Assembly (NCBI GenBank): GCA_951406725.2
Contig: OX597817.1
Location: 95,170,001 to 95,234,000, forward strand
Source of the DNA: Octopus vulgaris
Lineage: Eukaryota
Direction of reading: 5' to 3'
DNA: 64,000 nucleotides
Shown: positions 27,191-40,986 of the stretch, one piece after another
How the letters are laid out: each line of letters opens with the position of its first letter
Numbering within the stretch: the first letter of the stretch is position 1
Position numbers and translations under genes: made by a program
The notes under the pieces: model-generated
Told to the model about the DNA's origin: nothing
The model's input: only the letters and a program-made list of their open reading frames with translations
Database searches by the model: none

Positions 27191-27223
27191 ATGGAGTAAG
27201 AGAGTGATATAGCACACTTCCGG
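27191..27223 (-). promoter_or_regulatory. Putative RPL19 core promoter: ETS/GABP site plus polypyrimidine (TCT/5'TOP) initiator
   Basis: Minus strand CCGGAAGTG (27215-27223) lies about 10 nt before CTCTCTTACTCC, which is about 25-35 nt upstream of the ATG; typical ribosomal protein gene layout. Confidence 0.6.
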
Positions 27224-28019
27224 CAAACAACTAATTAGAGAAGAAATAGTTCCGAAAGATTATAGAAATTTCTTAGATATAAATCAAAACAAACTCATAT
27301 CGATTTAAACTAAACTTTAGATAAAATATTGAAAACTAATTACAACATATACATTTCGTTTATAAAAGAAGAAATAGCTATTTAATAGTACTAAATCTAC
27401 ACCACAGAGTTCCGGTCTTCTGCAGCAATAGTGCCAGAACAGAAATGACCGATGCCATTTCCAGGAAGAAAGAAAATTTATTTCACGTCCTAAGAACAAA
27501 ATACATAATTTTAAAAATATTTTTTCGGCAGCCTTTCACTTGATAAACAAGGTGCGGAACTGAAAATGAAGCCGGGAATGTACAAAAATATACGTGGCTA
27601 CAATGAGTAAGTGAAACGAATAAGGAAATAATTAAAAATAGGTTATTAAACATCTGTTTTCGTTTCTAAGTGGCATCATTTACTTAACTTATAAAGGTTG
27701 CATTGTTAAGCGTAAAACATTTATTATAAAAATAATACATGTTACAGTAATTTATAAATTTCTCCTCCGTTAATTTTCGTAATATATATTTGTTTACTTT
27801 TAGGCACCAAATTAGGATGTGAAGCCGCTGCCTACGCAACCAATTTGCCCTCCTTGTCTTTGAGCAATTGCTGAAGAATATAGAAGCAATCGAACCCCAT
27901 CAAGGTTTCTTCGATTCCTAAGCTTCTATATTTTTGCTCAGAGTCAGCTGCTCTCACCGATTCCCATCTTACCTCCAACGCTTCAACAACCTAATTTTTG
28001 AGACTCGAATGTTTGGTCA

Positions 28020-30075
28020 ATGTCAGGCTAGACTGGTAGTTAGTGACTTTAGGATCAGGACTATGAGGACGACCAACATGGAGAAGAAGGATAGAAGCAT
28101 GAAGACAGGGAAAGCCCCAGGCCTATCAGGAATAACTGCAGAGATGCTTAAAATATCTGGCAGTGTCGGCTATAGCCTAGTCACCCGTATAGTTAACCAG
28201 GTGATACACGAAGGAGTCATACCCAATGACTGGTGTAGCAGCATAATAGTCAACTGCTACAAAGCTAAAGGTGACGCTTTAGATACAAATAATTACAGAG
28301 GTATCAAGCTGTTGGATTAGGTAATGAAGGTTACGGAGAGGGTCATAGCCCAACTGATTAGGGAGAGAGTCAGCTTGGATGAGATGCAGTTTGGTTTCGT
28401 GCCAGGAAAAAGCAGCACTGATGCCATATTTCTGGTGAGACAGCTGCAGGAGAAATACCTAGCCAAAGATAAGCCCCTGTACCTGGCTTTCGTTGACATG
28501 GAGAAAGCCTTTGACAGGGTCCCCCGATCTCTTATCTGGTGGTCAATGAGGAAACTAGGGATAGATGAATTCAGGGTAGAGGTAGGGGTCCACCAAGGTT
28601 CAGTCCTCAGCCTCCTCCTATTTATCATAGTCCTCCAGGCAATAACGGAGGAATTCAAAACAGCTCCTATATGCTGATGACCTTGCTCTAATTGCTGAGT
28701 CACTATCAGAACTAGAGGCAAAGTTTCAAGTGTGGAGACAAGGATTAGAATCGAAGGGCCTTAAAATCAACCTAGCTAAAACCAAAATCCTAATATGTAG
28801 GAAGGCAGGCAAATCACAAACGCCTTCAGGTAGATGGCCCTGCTCGATCTGTAGAAAAGGTGTAGGTAGAAACTATAAGATGCACCAAGTGTAAGCTATG
28901 GACACATAAGAGGTGCAGCAATGTAAAAGGAAGGCTAACTGGGAAGATAGTTTTTGTATGTGGCAGATGCTCAGGAGCAATAAACACTGAAAATGCTCGG
29001 AGGCCAACTTCCGCCACATTCCAGGGAGAAAAACTAGAAATTGTGGATAGCTTCCGTTACCTAGGTGACCAAGTCAGTAGCGGGTGTGCTGAAAGTGTAA
29101 CTGCTAAAGTAAGAATAGCTTGGGCAAAGTTCAGAGAGCTCTTACCTCTGCTGGTGACGAAAGGCCTCTCGCTCAGAATAAAAGGCAGACTGTATGACGC
29201 ATGTGTACGAACAGCCATGCTACATGGCAGTGAAACTTGGGCCGTGACTGCTGAGGATATGCGTAAGCTCGCAAGAAATGAAGCCAGTATGCTCTGATGG
29301 ATGTGTAATGTCGGTGTTCATACTCGACAGAGTGTAAGTACCTTGAGAGAAAAGTTGGACCTAAGAAGCATCAGTTGTGGTGTGCAAGAGAGACGTTTGC
29401 ACTGGTATGGTCATGTAGCAAGAATGGATGAAGATAGTTGTGTGAAAAAGTGCCACACCCTAGCGGTTGAGGGAACCTGTAGAAGAGGTAGACCCAGGAA
29501 AACCTGGGATGAGGTGGTGAAGCACGATCATCGAACTTTAGGTCTCACCGAGGAAATGACCAGAGACCGAGACCTTTGGAAGTATGCTGTGCGTGGGAAG
29601 ACCCGGCAGGACAAGTGAGACCATAACCCGTGGCCTCTACCTGGGACGTAGCCAGCCCACTTATGCATGCCTTTCCTTCTTGTGACATAAACCCTACTTG
29701 TGAAGACCTGTTGATGAAAATCAAAATCAAAATCGTTCAACATCAATGGAAATTCTAGCTGTGATACCAGTGCTGGTAGCACATAAGAGAACCATCCGAA
29801 CGTGCCAGTGCCGCCCCAACTGGCCTCCGTGCCAGCAGCACATAAAAAGCACCATCCGATTGTGGCCGTTTGCCAGCCTCATCTGGCACCTTTGCAGGTG
29901 GCACGTAAAAAGCACCCACTACACTCACGGAGTGGTTGGCGTTAGGAAGGGCATCCAGCTGTAGAAACACTGCCAGATCAGACTGGGCCTGTCGCAGCCT
30001 TCTGGCTTCCCAGACCCCAGTTGAACCATCCAACCTATGCTAGCATGGAAAACGGATGTTAAACGATGATGATGA
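28020..30075 (+). mobile_element. RTE (BovB-like) LINE, internally deleted, with (GAT)n tail
   Basis: MKTGKAPG, NYRGIKLL, QFGFVPGKS, FVDMEKAFDRVP, GVHQGSVLS, YADD, CTKCKLWTHKRC, MLHGSETW, RGRPRKTW; stops and deletions present. Confidence 0.9.
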
Positions 30076-30616
30076 TATATATAAATACACACACACACAC
30101 ATATATATATATATTTACGTACAAACATACCCATAAGTACATACATATTTCATGTGTTGAGAAGGAAGGATTACTGTAGTAGTTCTTATTTTTCTATTTA
30201 TATAATTATAATAATTATACACAAACATATATATATATATATATAGACATGCGATATGTTTTCTATTGAGGGTTTGAGGTAAAGGTCCACAATAAGTGGG
30301 TTAGAGTTTATATTAATACCTGTGATATTAGTCGGTACTAAAAATAATAAATTTCCGGGTATTACTCAAGATACTTTATTATTTTCTGTTACTTTTTTCT
30401 TTATCGAGTTGCTGAAATCCTGTGGGAAGTGGGTTGGGGGTTATGGTCAGTCCCATAATCTAATTGGTCATCTATTGTTTTGGAAGGGCATGACTTTGTT
30501 ATGGTTGGTTAATGGATAACCAATAACATAAATAACAAAGTAGGCAAAGTAGTGCATGAAGTTCTGTATATGTTTTTTTGTTTCATAGAGTTCACATAGT
30601 GGGGACACGTTGTTCA

Positions 30617-32555
30617 TTAACCTAAGTCTGCTATCAGTATATTAATTTTCATGTTGTGTGACAAAGCTGAGTTCTTGTGAACAACATATTTTGAAGTTAT
30701 AGGTTTCATATAATAGGAGTGGAGGAGCTGCACTTTATTATTCACAGTCTCTAACCAAAGTTCAGTATCAAGTACAGGGAGTTTATTGTTGGGGTGCTTA
30801 GTGGAGTAATCTATAGTTACCTTGATACTTTGGTGGATGAAGTTATCTATTTGCTGAATGCTCTCCATTACGCATACAGTTCTCTGGATATGATCAGAAA
30901 GATAGGGTATACAGGGTGCTAGAAAGAAATTAGATAACATTATACGTAATGATACCAGTGGTACCTGCCCTAGATATAGAAACAAAGAATAGAATAGGAT
31001 TCATAGAACTTGTGACAAAGCAAACAGAGCGAACACGTGGTATAAAACCAACTAATATCAAGGAGTGATGTTTGTAGAGGCCACAGCCCATGGAGAACTA
31101 GCCCGTAGATTTAGAAAAGCTCTGAAGGAGACCAAACTCTACACTGAGATTGTTGAAAAGCCAGGGAACTCCATCAGATCACAACTATGTAAGATGTACC
31201 CCTTGATAACTGCATGGTATGTAGGATTAGCCCTGGCATTAACTGTAGAATTAAAAATGTAGTTTACAGCATAAGATGCATAGAAGGTGCTTGTAAAGAC
31301 ATGAACATGACATACATAGGGGAGACATCTTGGAGCATTGCAGAATGACTAAATGAACATATGACGACAAAAAACGGTTCTCCATACTCTACCAACATGG
31401 AGGCAACTTAGGTCAACTTGGCATCCGCATCTTATCCAAGCACCCAAAAGACCCAACACTCAGACAAATACGGGAGTACATCCCTATAAATGAAACTTCC
31501 CCTATACTAAATAGGAAATATACATAGTAGATATCATACCCCCATACCCACAGTTTACATAGGTAGAGTAGAATAGTTAATGGACTGTTATGTAGATATA
31601 TGTTATAGACTCTTATGTATGTATGTGTGTGTATATGCACATGTATGTTAGCATATGGATATGAAAATAAACAGATCAACATACAGATGGATAGGTACAT
31701 AGGTTATATGAACAGATAAGCACATATACGCAAATGGAGACTGAAACACATGACCATATATATACACACACTACTTCACACAAGGACACATATTAAGATG
31801 CACATCCATACATACAAACACAGTACATACTTGCAAAACACACACACACACACTCACTCAAACATGCACGCACAAGGAGACAGAGGTATATACATGCACA
31901 AGCACATGGACACACATACATTCATATATACATATGCATACACACACATATATACATACACACACATGCATGCATTCATGCATAGGTACACACACACATG
32001 CGCTCAAATAAACGAATAGGAATGCAGTGTAAATAATGGACAGAGTCAAGACTATTGAAAAGGTTGCAAGAGGCAATGAAAATTTTAGGAAAACAAAAAT
32101 GAGAAGCAAGTGGAAATTTTACTGGTGAGTGTGTTAAATTATAAGACACAATAAGAAAATGACTCTCCCCAATTTATATTCATGTATGTTATATTGTAAT
32201 AATTACTGGTATCTTAATATATTTTATATCTTATATGTAAAGCATAATATGTTATACATGTATGTATATTCTTGTAATTGTCATCTTAGTAAATAAATAA
32301 ATTAAGTTAACATAATATAATGTCTAAAAGTTGATAACCATCTATTGATACCCTCCATTTTCTTATTGTTCTATAAATTAATGGTAAAATATCTCTTTAC
32401 CTTCACCCATTTAGTACACAAAGTAATGTAATTGCAATGCAATAAAAAACACTTGTATATTAATAATTGTGTATTCTACCAGCAGTATATTGTATAGATA
32501 TTATCCCTTAGTTGGTTGAATTCACAACCACTAACTTTATTGGAGGTTATATATA
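30617..32555 (+). mobile_element. Degenerate Penelope-like element with 5' inversion (RT fragment on -, GIY-YIG region on +)
   Basis: Minus: KLPVLDTELW..YYMKP..HKNSALS (PLE RT C-terminal). Plus: MFVEAT.HGELA..VEKPG..NVVYSIRC..YIGETS. Tail 32380-32550 resembles 39290-39450 and ends in TATATA. Confidence 0.7.
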
Positions 32556-32559
32556 GTAA

Positions 32560-32684
32560 TAATATTAGGAAGTAAATCCAAACTTACAGGGAAAAATTAG
32601 ATTTAGGATTAAATCCAATTTTACAGTATAAATATAAATTAAATTAGAGATAAAACCACTATTAGGCAAATCAAACAGTGAAAC
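32560..32684 (-). repeat. Terminal fragment of the (TA)n-associated family seen at 57372-57655
   Basis: AAATTAGAGATAAAACCACTATTAGGCAAATCAAACAGTGAAA is identical to 57381-57423, and the left part is the reverse complement of 57585-57650. Confidence 0.8.
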
Positions 32685-32698
32685 ATATATATATATAA

Positions 32699-34497
32699 CT
32701 CTCGGCTCTTCGTTCCCTCCGACGGTGCACTGACATCGTTATTAAACCGGCCGACAAGGGTGGAGCTGTGGTGGTATGGCGCGGACCTCTACAAGGTCAA
32801 AGCTCTACGCCAACTCCATGACACCTCCTTCTACTGCCCTCTGTCCTCTGACCCCACGCCCAGCTACCAACAGAGGGTCTCCTCTACCATCCATGACCTC
32901 ATCTTCCCCACAGTGCATCCAACCTCATTGTCCGCACCCCCACCTTTTTCTTCCTCCCCAAAATCCACAAATCCAACAACCCTGGCCACCCCATCGTCTC
33001 TGCCTGTAACTGCCCCACCGAGCTCATCTCCAAATATCTCAACCGTGTCCTTGCCCCCCTAGTGGCTTCTCTTCCCTCTCACATCCATGACACCAACCAT
33101 GCTCGTCATCTTTTCAACTCTTTCTCCTTCCCTCCTGGCTCCTCCAAACTTCTCTTTACAATGGACATCCAGAGCCTCTACACTGTGATCCCTCACCACG
33201 AAGGGCTGCGTGCACTGAGACACTTCCTGGACCTCCGACCCAATCCCCAACCCAACATCTCCACACTCGTTCATCTGGCCGAACTTGTCCTCTCACTCAA
33301 CTGCTTCTCGTTCGTGGGCGAGTTCTACCAGCAGTTCTCGGGAGTGGCCATGGGAACGAGAATGGGCCCCAACTATACAATCCTGTTCGTTGGCTATGTT
33401 GAGGCCCAAATATTCTCTAGTTTCACTGGTCCAACTCCCGAACTATAGGGTCGTTATATTGATGACTGTATCGGTGCCACCTCACTCTCCCACGAACATC
33501 TAGACTCCTTCCTCTCTTTCGTCAAATCTTTCCATCCTGCACTATCTCTGACACCTCTGTCTCCTTTCTTGACATTTCGGTCAGCATTCATCACTCCACT
33601 CTTACCACCTCCATCCACTACAAACACACAGACTCACACTCATACCTAAACTTCTCCTCCTCCCACCCCAAACACACCAAGCTTTCCATCCCATATTCCC
33701 AATTCCTCTGTCTACACAGTCTCTGTAGTGACAACCATGACTTTGAGACTCAGTCTCAACTCATGGCTCGCCACGTCATCCTACATGGATATCCCCTCAC
33801 CACTATCCACACCACCCTTGCCAGAGCACGTTCCATGGACCGTGCATCTGCTCTCTCCCCCCAAACCCACCCTGCAGTCTCCTGCTTCCCTTTTCCCCTC
33901 ACCTACTACCCCACAACCCTACCTCTCCAACGCATCATTCTCCGAGCTTTCCGGCATCTCCTGTCCGACCCGTCCACTTCACAAATCTTCCCTAACCGAC
34001 CCCTCCCCTCCTTCAAACGAGCCCACAACCTACGAGACCTCTTGGTCCATAGTTTCTTCCCCAACCCTACCTCCCAACCTAGCTCGTTCCCCTGCTCCTG
34101 CCCACGCTGCTGCACTTGCCCTTACCTCTCCAACACCACCCTCCTCACCGGCACCCATCATCGACCCTATCGCATCATCGACTCCTTCACCTGCACCTTC
34201 AGCAATATCATCTATTGCATCTTCTGCTCCCTCTGCCATTCCCTGTACATCAGACAAACGGGACACCACTTGGCTGACCAGTTCGCGGAACACCTCCGAG
34301 ACATCCGCCTCGGAATGACACCCCAGTCTCGTGCCATTTCCACTCCACCAGTCACTCCTTGCAACACCTATCTGTGTTTGGATTGTCCTTGCACAGAGGC
34401 CAGCCAGACTCCCGTTTGCGCCGTGAACAGGGATTAATCTCCTCTCTTCACTCTTTTACGCCATTTGGGCTCAACTCTCCTCCCCTCTTCATCTAAC
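32699..34497 (+). pseudogene. Penelope-like (Neptune-like) RT plus GIY-YIG, frameshifted
   Basis: IKPADKGGAVVVW, LPKIHK, LFTMDIQSLYTVIPH, GVAMGTRMGP.Y, RYIDD, FLDI, FKRAHNLRDLLVHS, NIIYCIFCSLC..YI.QTG. Confidence 0.9.
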
Positions 34498-34729
34498 CTC
34501 CTCCCCGACTCCTACTTCTCTTCACCCCTACTCTCTTTCCCTCTTCTCTCTTACTCTCTTCTCTCTTTCTCTCTGCTCCCTCACGTTCCTCTCTCCCCCT
34601 CCCTCCCTCTTCCCACCCAACTCTCCTCTCTTGTCCCAACTCCTACTTCTCTTCACTCCCACTCTCTTTCCCTCTTCTCTCTTTCTCTCTTCTCTCCTAC
34701 TCTCTTTCTCTCCCCTCTAGCCCAGATCT

Positions 34730-34850
34730 AAACCCTCTAGATGATGCTATTTGGGGCGTTTTAGAACATGCTACCAATAGAACATCACACAGCGATGTCG
34801 ACTCTCTTAAAGATACTAAAAGAAGAATAGGAGAAGTTGTCTCCCGAATA
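34730..34850 (+). mobile_element. Tc1/mariner transposase C-terminal fragment
   Basis: Translates as (P)DLNPLDDAIWGVLEHATNRTSHSDVDSLKD, resembling the SPDLNP.D..W motif. Confidence 0.6.
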
Positions 34851-35110
34851 GTAGTAATTGGCATTTAGTTGTGACAATGCTATCTTCTACATAAATTCCT
34901 TATATGGAGCTATGACATCCCCTTTACCCCATTTCTATTTCATTTGTTCTTCCCTCTCAGAACATTACAGTAGTCTGGAACAACTGAATCTTAGTCAGTC
35001 AGTTGATGGGCTCCACTACCTCAAATGTTCTTAAAATTTAAATCCACATCTTTATCTATAATGTTGCCACTTGGTATGAAAATTTTTGTATTAATGGAAA
35101 ACCTCTATAA

Positions 35111-35196
35111 TTGGGTGATGAGTGCTCAGCATTTTAAAACTGTTGGAATACTTACAACATTTAATAAAATGATGTAGTACGAAACGATCGTACCAA
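35111..35196 (+). ncRNA. Degenerate hammerhead motif (C3->G, long stem II)
   Basis: TTGG-GTGATGA-GTGCT...AGTAC-GAAA-CGATCG-TA-CCAA; palindromic stem III; about 35 bp before (TA)n. Confidence 0.6.
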
Positions 35197-35224
35197 ATTA
35201 CTGGAGTCATTCTTGTTGCTTATT

Positions 35225-35280
<56 letters not shown>

Positions 35281-35281
<1 letters not shown>

Positions 35282-36260
35282 AATTCAGGGTGAGTACTTG
35301 ATAATTGTAAGCACCTGTATATACCGTTTGGTGATGTAGGTGGTGGAGTAAATTAATCAAAATAAAAATAAAAACATGATGCCAAGGATTCAGCAGTACA
35401 TATGTTTCGGGCCTAATGCATAATGTGTGTCTATGGCCTTCTTCAGCCGCGCACAATTGCTACCTCAAGGACATGTATTACATCAAAAATTCTACGTTGG
35501 GGATGCAAATCCTCTCATTCGCATACAACATAATGCGGCACCAGCACAAAAATGAAACGTCCATCTCGTCCTTTTCTCAATGTAGAATGAGGAAGCTTGG
35601 ATGTTGAGGTAATATAAATAAATGAATAAATAAATATATACATATATAAATACAGACAGACGTGAAGGGACCTGGTAATAAGAGTAAATAGGGATAAAGA
35701 TGGAGAGGCGAGAATTCAGGATAAGGGATATAAAGTTGTTACAACTTTATATCCCTTATCCTTATATTCTTTTACATCTTTATATTCTTATATCCTTTAT
35801 ATTTCTGATAATTTTTTATATTTTTTTATATCTTTATATTCATTTATACTTTTTTATATCTCTTTATATCTTTATACTTTATATTTTTATATTTTTATAT
35901 TTCTATACTTATATTCTTTTATCTTTCACATTTTTATATTTTTTTATCCTTCGTCCTGAATTCTCGCCCCTCCATCTTTATCCCTATTTACTCTTATTAC
36001 TAGGTCCCTTCACGTCTGTCTGTATTTATATACGTATATATTTATTTATTCATTTATTTATATTACCTCAACATCCAAGCTTCCTCATTCTACATTCAGA
36101 GAAGGAAGAGATGGACGTTTCATTTTTGTGCTGGTGCCGCATTATGTTGTACGCGAATGAGAGGATTTGCATCCCCAACGTAGAATTTTTGATGTAATAC
36201 ATGTCCTTGAGGTAGCAATTGTGCACAGCTGAAGAAGGCCATAGACACACATTATGCATT
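35281..36260 (-). mobile_element. Non-coding fold-back PLE-type element: ~307-bp inverted arms (35415-35721 / 35954-36260) with hammerhead
   Basis: Arms are reverse complements with few substitutions; AT-rich spacer; (TA)n on both sides. Confidence 0.85.
35393..35450 (-). ncRNA. Type I hammerhead ribozyme motif
   Basis: Minus strand GCGG-CTGAAGA-AGGCC...GGCCC-GAAA-CATATG-TA-CTGC. Confidence 0.8.
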
Positions 36261-38162
36261 GTTATAAATCCGTCTAATATATATATACATATGCATATAT
36301 ATATATATATATATATATACAAAATAAGAAAATGGAGGAATAGATTTCTTTCAATCATCAACTACCAGATAATACCAATTCATATAATTTATTAACTAAT
36401 TATTTAGATTAAATAGGAACATCCAAATCCAACAGAATAAGACAGAATAAAACAATATAACAATATACATCAATAAGTAAGATAATACCATAAGAATAAT
36501 ACATATAAAATGGATCTTACAGCTGTTTCAGCCTGTAGATAAGAGTATCTCATTATGCCCATATTAGTCAGATGTATTGAGGTAATATGCAGTTAAAAAT
36601 GAGTTACTTATATATATATATATCTCATCAGAGATTATAAAGTACAATTATAAAGATATAAAATGAAGATATAAAATGCAAATATGAATATTAAAGAAGG
36701 TACACATATACAAGAATATGCATATATACATATACATATATATAACTATATACATAATATACATATACATAAGTTTACAGTTAATCAAATCTATATACTG
36801 GAATATACATGTATATATATCCACATCAAATTGTACATATACAAAGTCCAAAGTTCATTGTATTACATTACTAAAAACTATTAATATTATTATTATTAAT
36901 AATAATACCAATAAAAGAATACAGCATAATATAATACAGTGTAACACGCCAGTAAATTAATTAATTCAATATAATAAAATAATGCAAAACAATATACTAT
37001 GTCATTATATTCATATATCATACAGCGAAAATCGACATATAGTTTAAATCTACATACATATATATACACACAGGTACCAAATACATGCACATGCATATAC
37101 ATACATGCGCAAAAGCATACATTGATACATATACATATATAAATCGATATTATCCTTTTATATCATACAAAAATAACCTATGCATGTACATACATACAGT
37201 TCGCAGATCAATAGGTGATAGTTCATAACTGATTGATTATTTACAATCTAAAGTTCAATTCAATTGGTTGGCACATTTCAATTTCATTATCTTAGTTACG
37301 GTTGGTTTGTTAAAATACACATACGTACATACATACATATATGCGCACATACACACGTACACATAGATAAACATAAGCAACATAAATACACACATACATA
37401 CATACGTCTATATCAATATACAACATACGTATATATCAATATACATACTTATATACACATACCTATAAACACCCATTTACACATATATGTATATAAATAC
37501 ATATACATACATACTGATAACCAAAAAAAATGTATTATAAACCATTAAAGTGAAAACTATGCTAATTCTTAATACGTAGAAAAGGCCTGAAAGGGTAATT
37601 CCTAATATATAAAAAAAAAGGACCTAAAAGGGTAGAAAACGTTAGATTAATATTTGGCAAAGGTTGGAAAATATTCAGACAAATCTTTCGAAAGAGATAG
37701 AAACTAAGCAAACACATGTGACAATATTTAAGGTATAGAAAAAGGAAGTGATTTACAGAAGATACAGAAATCAAAATTCACCGTGTAAATAAACTGTTAG
37801 AGTAATGCGGATTGAAATTTTCAGCTTGATCTCTCCATTTAAGCTCGTTGTAAAAGTTAAGTTGTATAAAATACCGTAATAAAAACAATATATTAAGTAT
37901 CTGATCATATATCAATATCTACTAGTTTGAGTTTATTATAGTTGAAGTTATAGAGATCGATATACCGTTTTAATGTTACCCAAACACGTTACTACTCATA
38001 TTGTAATTCCGTATTAAACCCTATCCAAACATTTACACATCCAATTTACAAATACTAATATAAGGTGGTTATTTAATATGAATCCGAGTTTATTCATTAT
38101 TATATCCATGTACCCCTAAACATAATAGGTAATTTATTATTGATCAAAGGTTATATAATTTA

Positions 38163-38538
38163 CTAGCAGTATCGCCCGGCGTTGCTCGGGTTTGTAAGGG
38201 AAATAACTATATAAGCATTTTTAGAGATGTAAAGTATAATAGCCATCTCAATATGGCTAACCACAAAGGGGGGGGGGGTTTACTGTAGCTTTTTACGTTC
38301 TGAGATTTAGAATTTTTAGAGAGTTACTTCCCTTATATATGCCAAAAATGCTTTAAAAATGGGAAAAATTGATGGTAAATTTTTTTTAAAATCGTAGACT
38401 CATCGTAGAAGGGCTCGATATGAATCACGACTATAAGATACCCGGTTTTGGTTAAACTGCAGCACAAAATGTGGGAGTAGTTAGGAATCTAAATCGTAGG
38501 AGACAGACAGCACACAACCTCACTTTTATATATAAAGA
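38163..38538 (-). mobile_element. Non-autonomous Helitron
   Basis: Minus strand A|TCTTTATATATAAAAG...CCCGAGCAACGCCGGG hairpin...CTAG|T; second copy at 50468-50861. Confidence 0.85.
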
Positions 38539-38848
38539 TATCCTCACAAAAAATGCACATATTCTTTTATTGGTATTATTATTAATAATAATAATATTAA
38601 TAGTTTTTAGTAATGTAATACAATGAACTTTGGACTTTGTATATGTACAATTTGATGTGGATATATATACATGTATATTCCAGTATATAGATTTGATTAA
38701 CTGTAAACTTATGTATATGTATATTATTATGTATATACTTATATATATGTATATGTATATATGCATATTCTTGTATATGTGTACCTTCTTTAATATTCAT
38801 ATTTGCATTTTATATCTTCATTTTATATCTTTATAATTGTACTTTATA

Positions 38849-38974
38849 ATCTCTGACGAGGCCTTAAGATATATTTATAAGTAACTCATTTTTAACTGCA
38901 TACTACCTCAATACATCTGACTAATATGGGCATAATGAGATACGCTTATCTACGGGCTGAAACAGCTGTAAGAT
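38849..38974 (+). ncRNA. Type I hammerhead motif with ~100-nt stem II region (degenerate inverted copy at 36514-36635)
   Basis: ATCT-CTGACGA-GGCCT..AGATA...TATCT..GGGCT-GAAA-CAGCTG-TA-AGAT. Confidence 0.7.
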
Positions 38975-39529
38975 CCATTTTATATGTATTATTCTTATGG
39001 TATTATCTTACTTATTGATGTATATTGTTTTATTCTGTATTATTCTGTTGGATTTGGATGTTCCTATTTAATCTAAATGATTAGTTAATAAATTATATGA
39101 ATTGGTATTATCTGGTAGTTGATGATTGAAAGAAATCTATTCCTCCATTTTCTTATTTTGTATATATATATATATATATATATATATGCATATGTATATA
39201 TATATTAGACGGATTTATAACAATGCATAATGTGTGTCTATGGCCTTCTTCAGCTGCGCACAATTGCTACCTCAATTATGAATTTTAGGTAAAGCATTTT
39301 ACCATCACCCATATAATACAATAAATGAATTAATTGCATTGCAATTCTTAGCATTTATGTATTAGCCTTTCTGGGTACTTTACTGGCAGTATATTGGATA
39401 AATGATATCCCATAGTGGGTTACACTCATAACCCCTATCTCACTTTGTACTTATATATATATATATATATATATTTATACATATATATATATTTATACAT
39501 TTAGATATATATATATATATATATATATA

Positions 39530-40954
39530 AAGTTAATCTAAACAAGAAAACAAAAAACAACAACGCAAGGATGTGGAACAAATAAAGTATTATTGGACGC
39601 TCAGGAAAGAAGGGAAGAAGGAGGGTTTGACGTTTCGAGCGGAGCTATTCGTCGGAAACATAGGAGAAAGAAACATCCCGAGATGGGAAGGACAGAGGAA
39701 AAAAAAAAAAAATTGCAGGTAGTCTACACGAGGTCACATACTGAAAGGACGGAAGTGGTCAAAAGGAAGGAAAAGTGTTTTTTAAAAACAAAAGAGCGGG
39801 TCAGTGAATGAATGGTAAAAGAGGTGTGCGAGATGACAAGGGTGTGTGTGTGTGTATATGTGTGTATGGTGGACGAGGCTACTAGCAGCAGTGGCGGAAT
39901 GGTGGATGGTGGCTGGTAGCAAGCAGTAGGGAATTAAGGAGTGGGTGGGGATACCCTAGCAAGTCAGAGGCGGTCAGCAGCAAGGAGGTATGTGTGTGTG
40001 CGTGTATATGTATCGTGTGTGTGTTTTGTTGTAGTATGTGTGTGTGTACGTGTACGTTTTTTTGTGTGTATGGTGAGTAACTGTGCTTAGACTTAGTGTA
40101 TGTGTGCGTGTGTGCTTGTATGTGCGTGTGTGTGTATATATACGTATGTATGATTGTGTGCGAGTGTGTGAATGTCTGTGTGTCTGCATATATGTGTGTA
40201 CGTATGTGTATGTGTGCATGCGCGTGGGGGTATATGTTGTGTGTATGTATATGTGTCGGTGTGTATGTGAATTAGTGGGTGTTTGTACGTGTGTGTGTGT
40301 GTGTGTGCGTGTATTGTAATTATATGTGAATGTGTGCGCGTACCTGCGCGGGAGTGAATGTATGTATGTGCACGTGCGTACAAATGTGTGTTTATATGTT
40401 TGCAAACATACGCACACACACACACAAGCACACACACACACTCACACACATATGACCGCATACATGCATATATATGCACGCAAGAACACACTTCGCGACT
40501 GAAGGAAAGATGGAAAAGACTATCAGTGGTGCGGGCGCATGCGAAACCGCAGGCCCACCCGTACAAGCGCAGACGCGATCCCGAAATAAAGCCAGCCACC
40601 AAAAGCGTGCGTGCATGCATGTGTGTATGTGTGCGTGCGCGCGCATGCATGTGTGTACGTGTGCATGCGAGTGTATATGTAGGTATGTGTGTGTGTATGT
40701 ATGTGTGTATGTGTTGGTGTGTATGTCTGTGTGTATGTATGTCCGTATGAGTGTATGTAAGTATGTGTCTGTGTATATGTGTGTGTGCGTGTATGTATGT
40801 ATGTGTGTGTATGTATGTATGCATGTGTGTGTGTGTATGTGTGTAAGTGTGTGTGTGTATGTATGTGTGTGTAAGTATGTGTGTATGTATGTATGTGTGC
40901 ATGCATGTATGTGTGTGTGTATGTATGCATGCATGTGCGTATGTGTGTGTATGC

Positions 40955-40986
<32 letters not shown>

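Larger units (their letters stand above)
36207..39450 (+). mobile_element. Large fold-back element: ~710-bp inverted arms (36207-36918 / 38561-39275) with hammerhead and an internal Helitron
   Basis: Arms align as reverse complements (mirror ORFs 36648/38630 and 36684/38597 in the ORF track); tail ends in (TA)n at ~39453. Confidence 0.8.

Noticed and set aside
35700-36197. 165-aa hydrophobic ORF resembling a membrane protein
   Set aside because: Arises from the T-rich low-complexity spacer and arm of a fold-back element.
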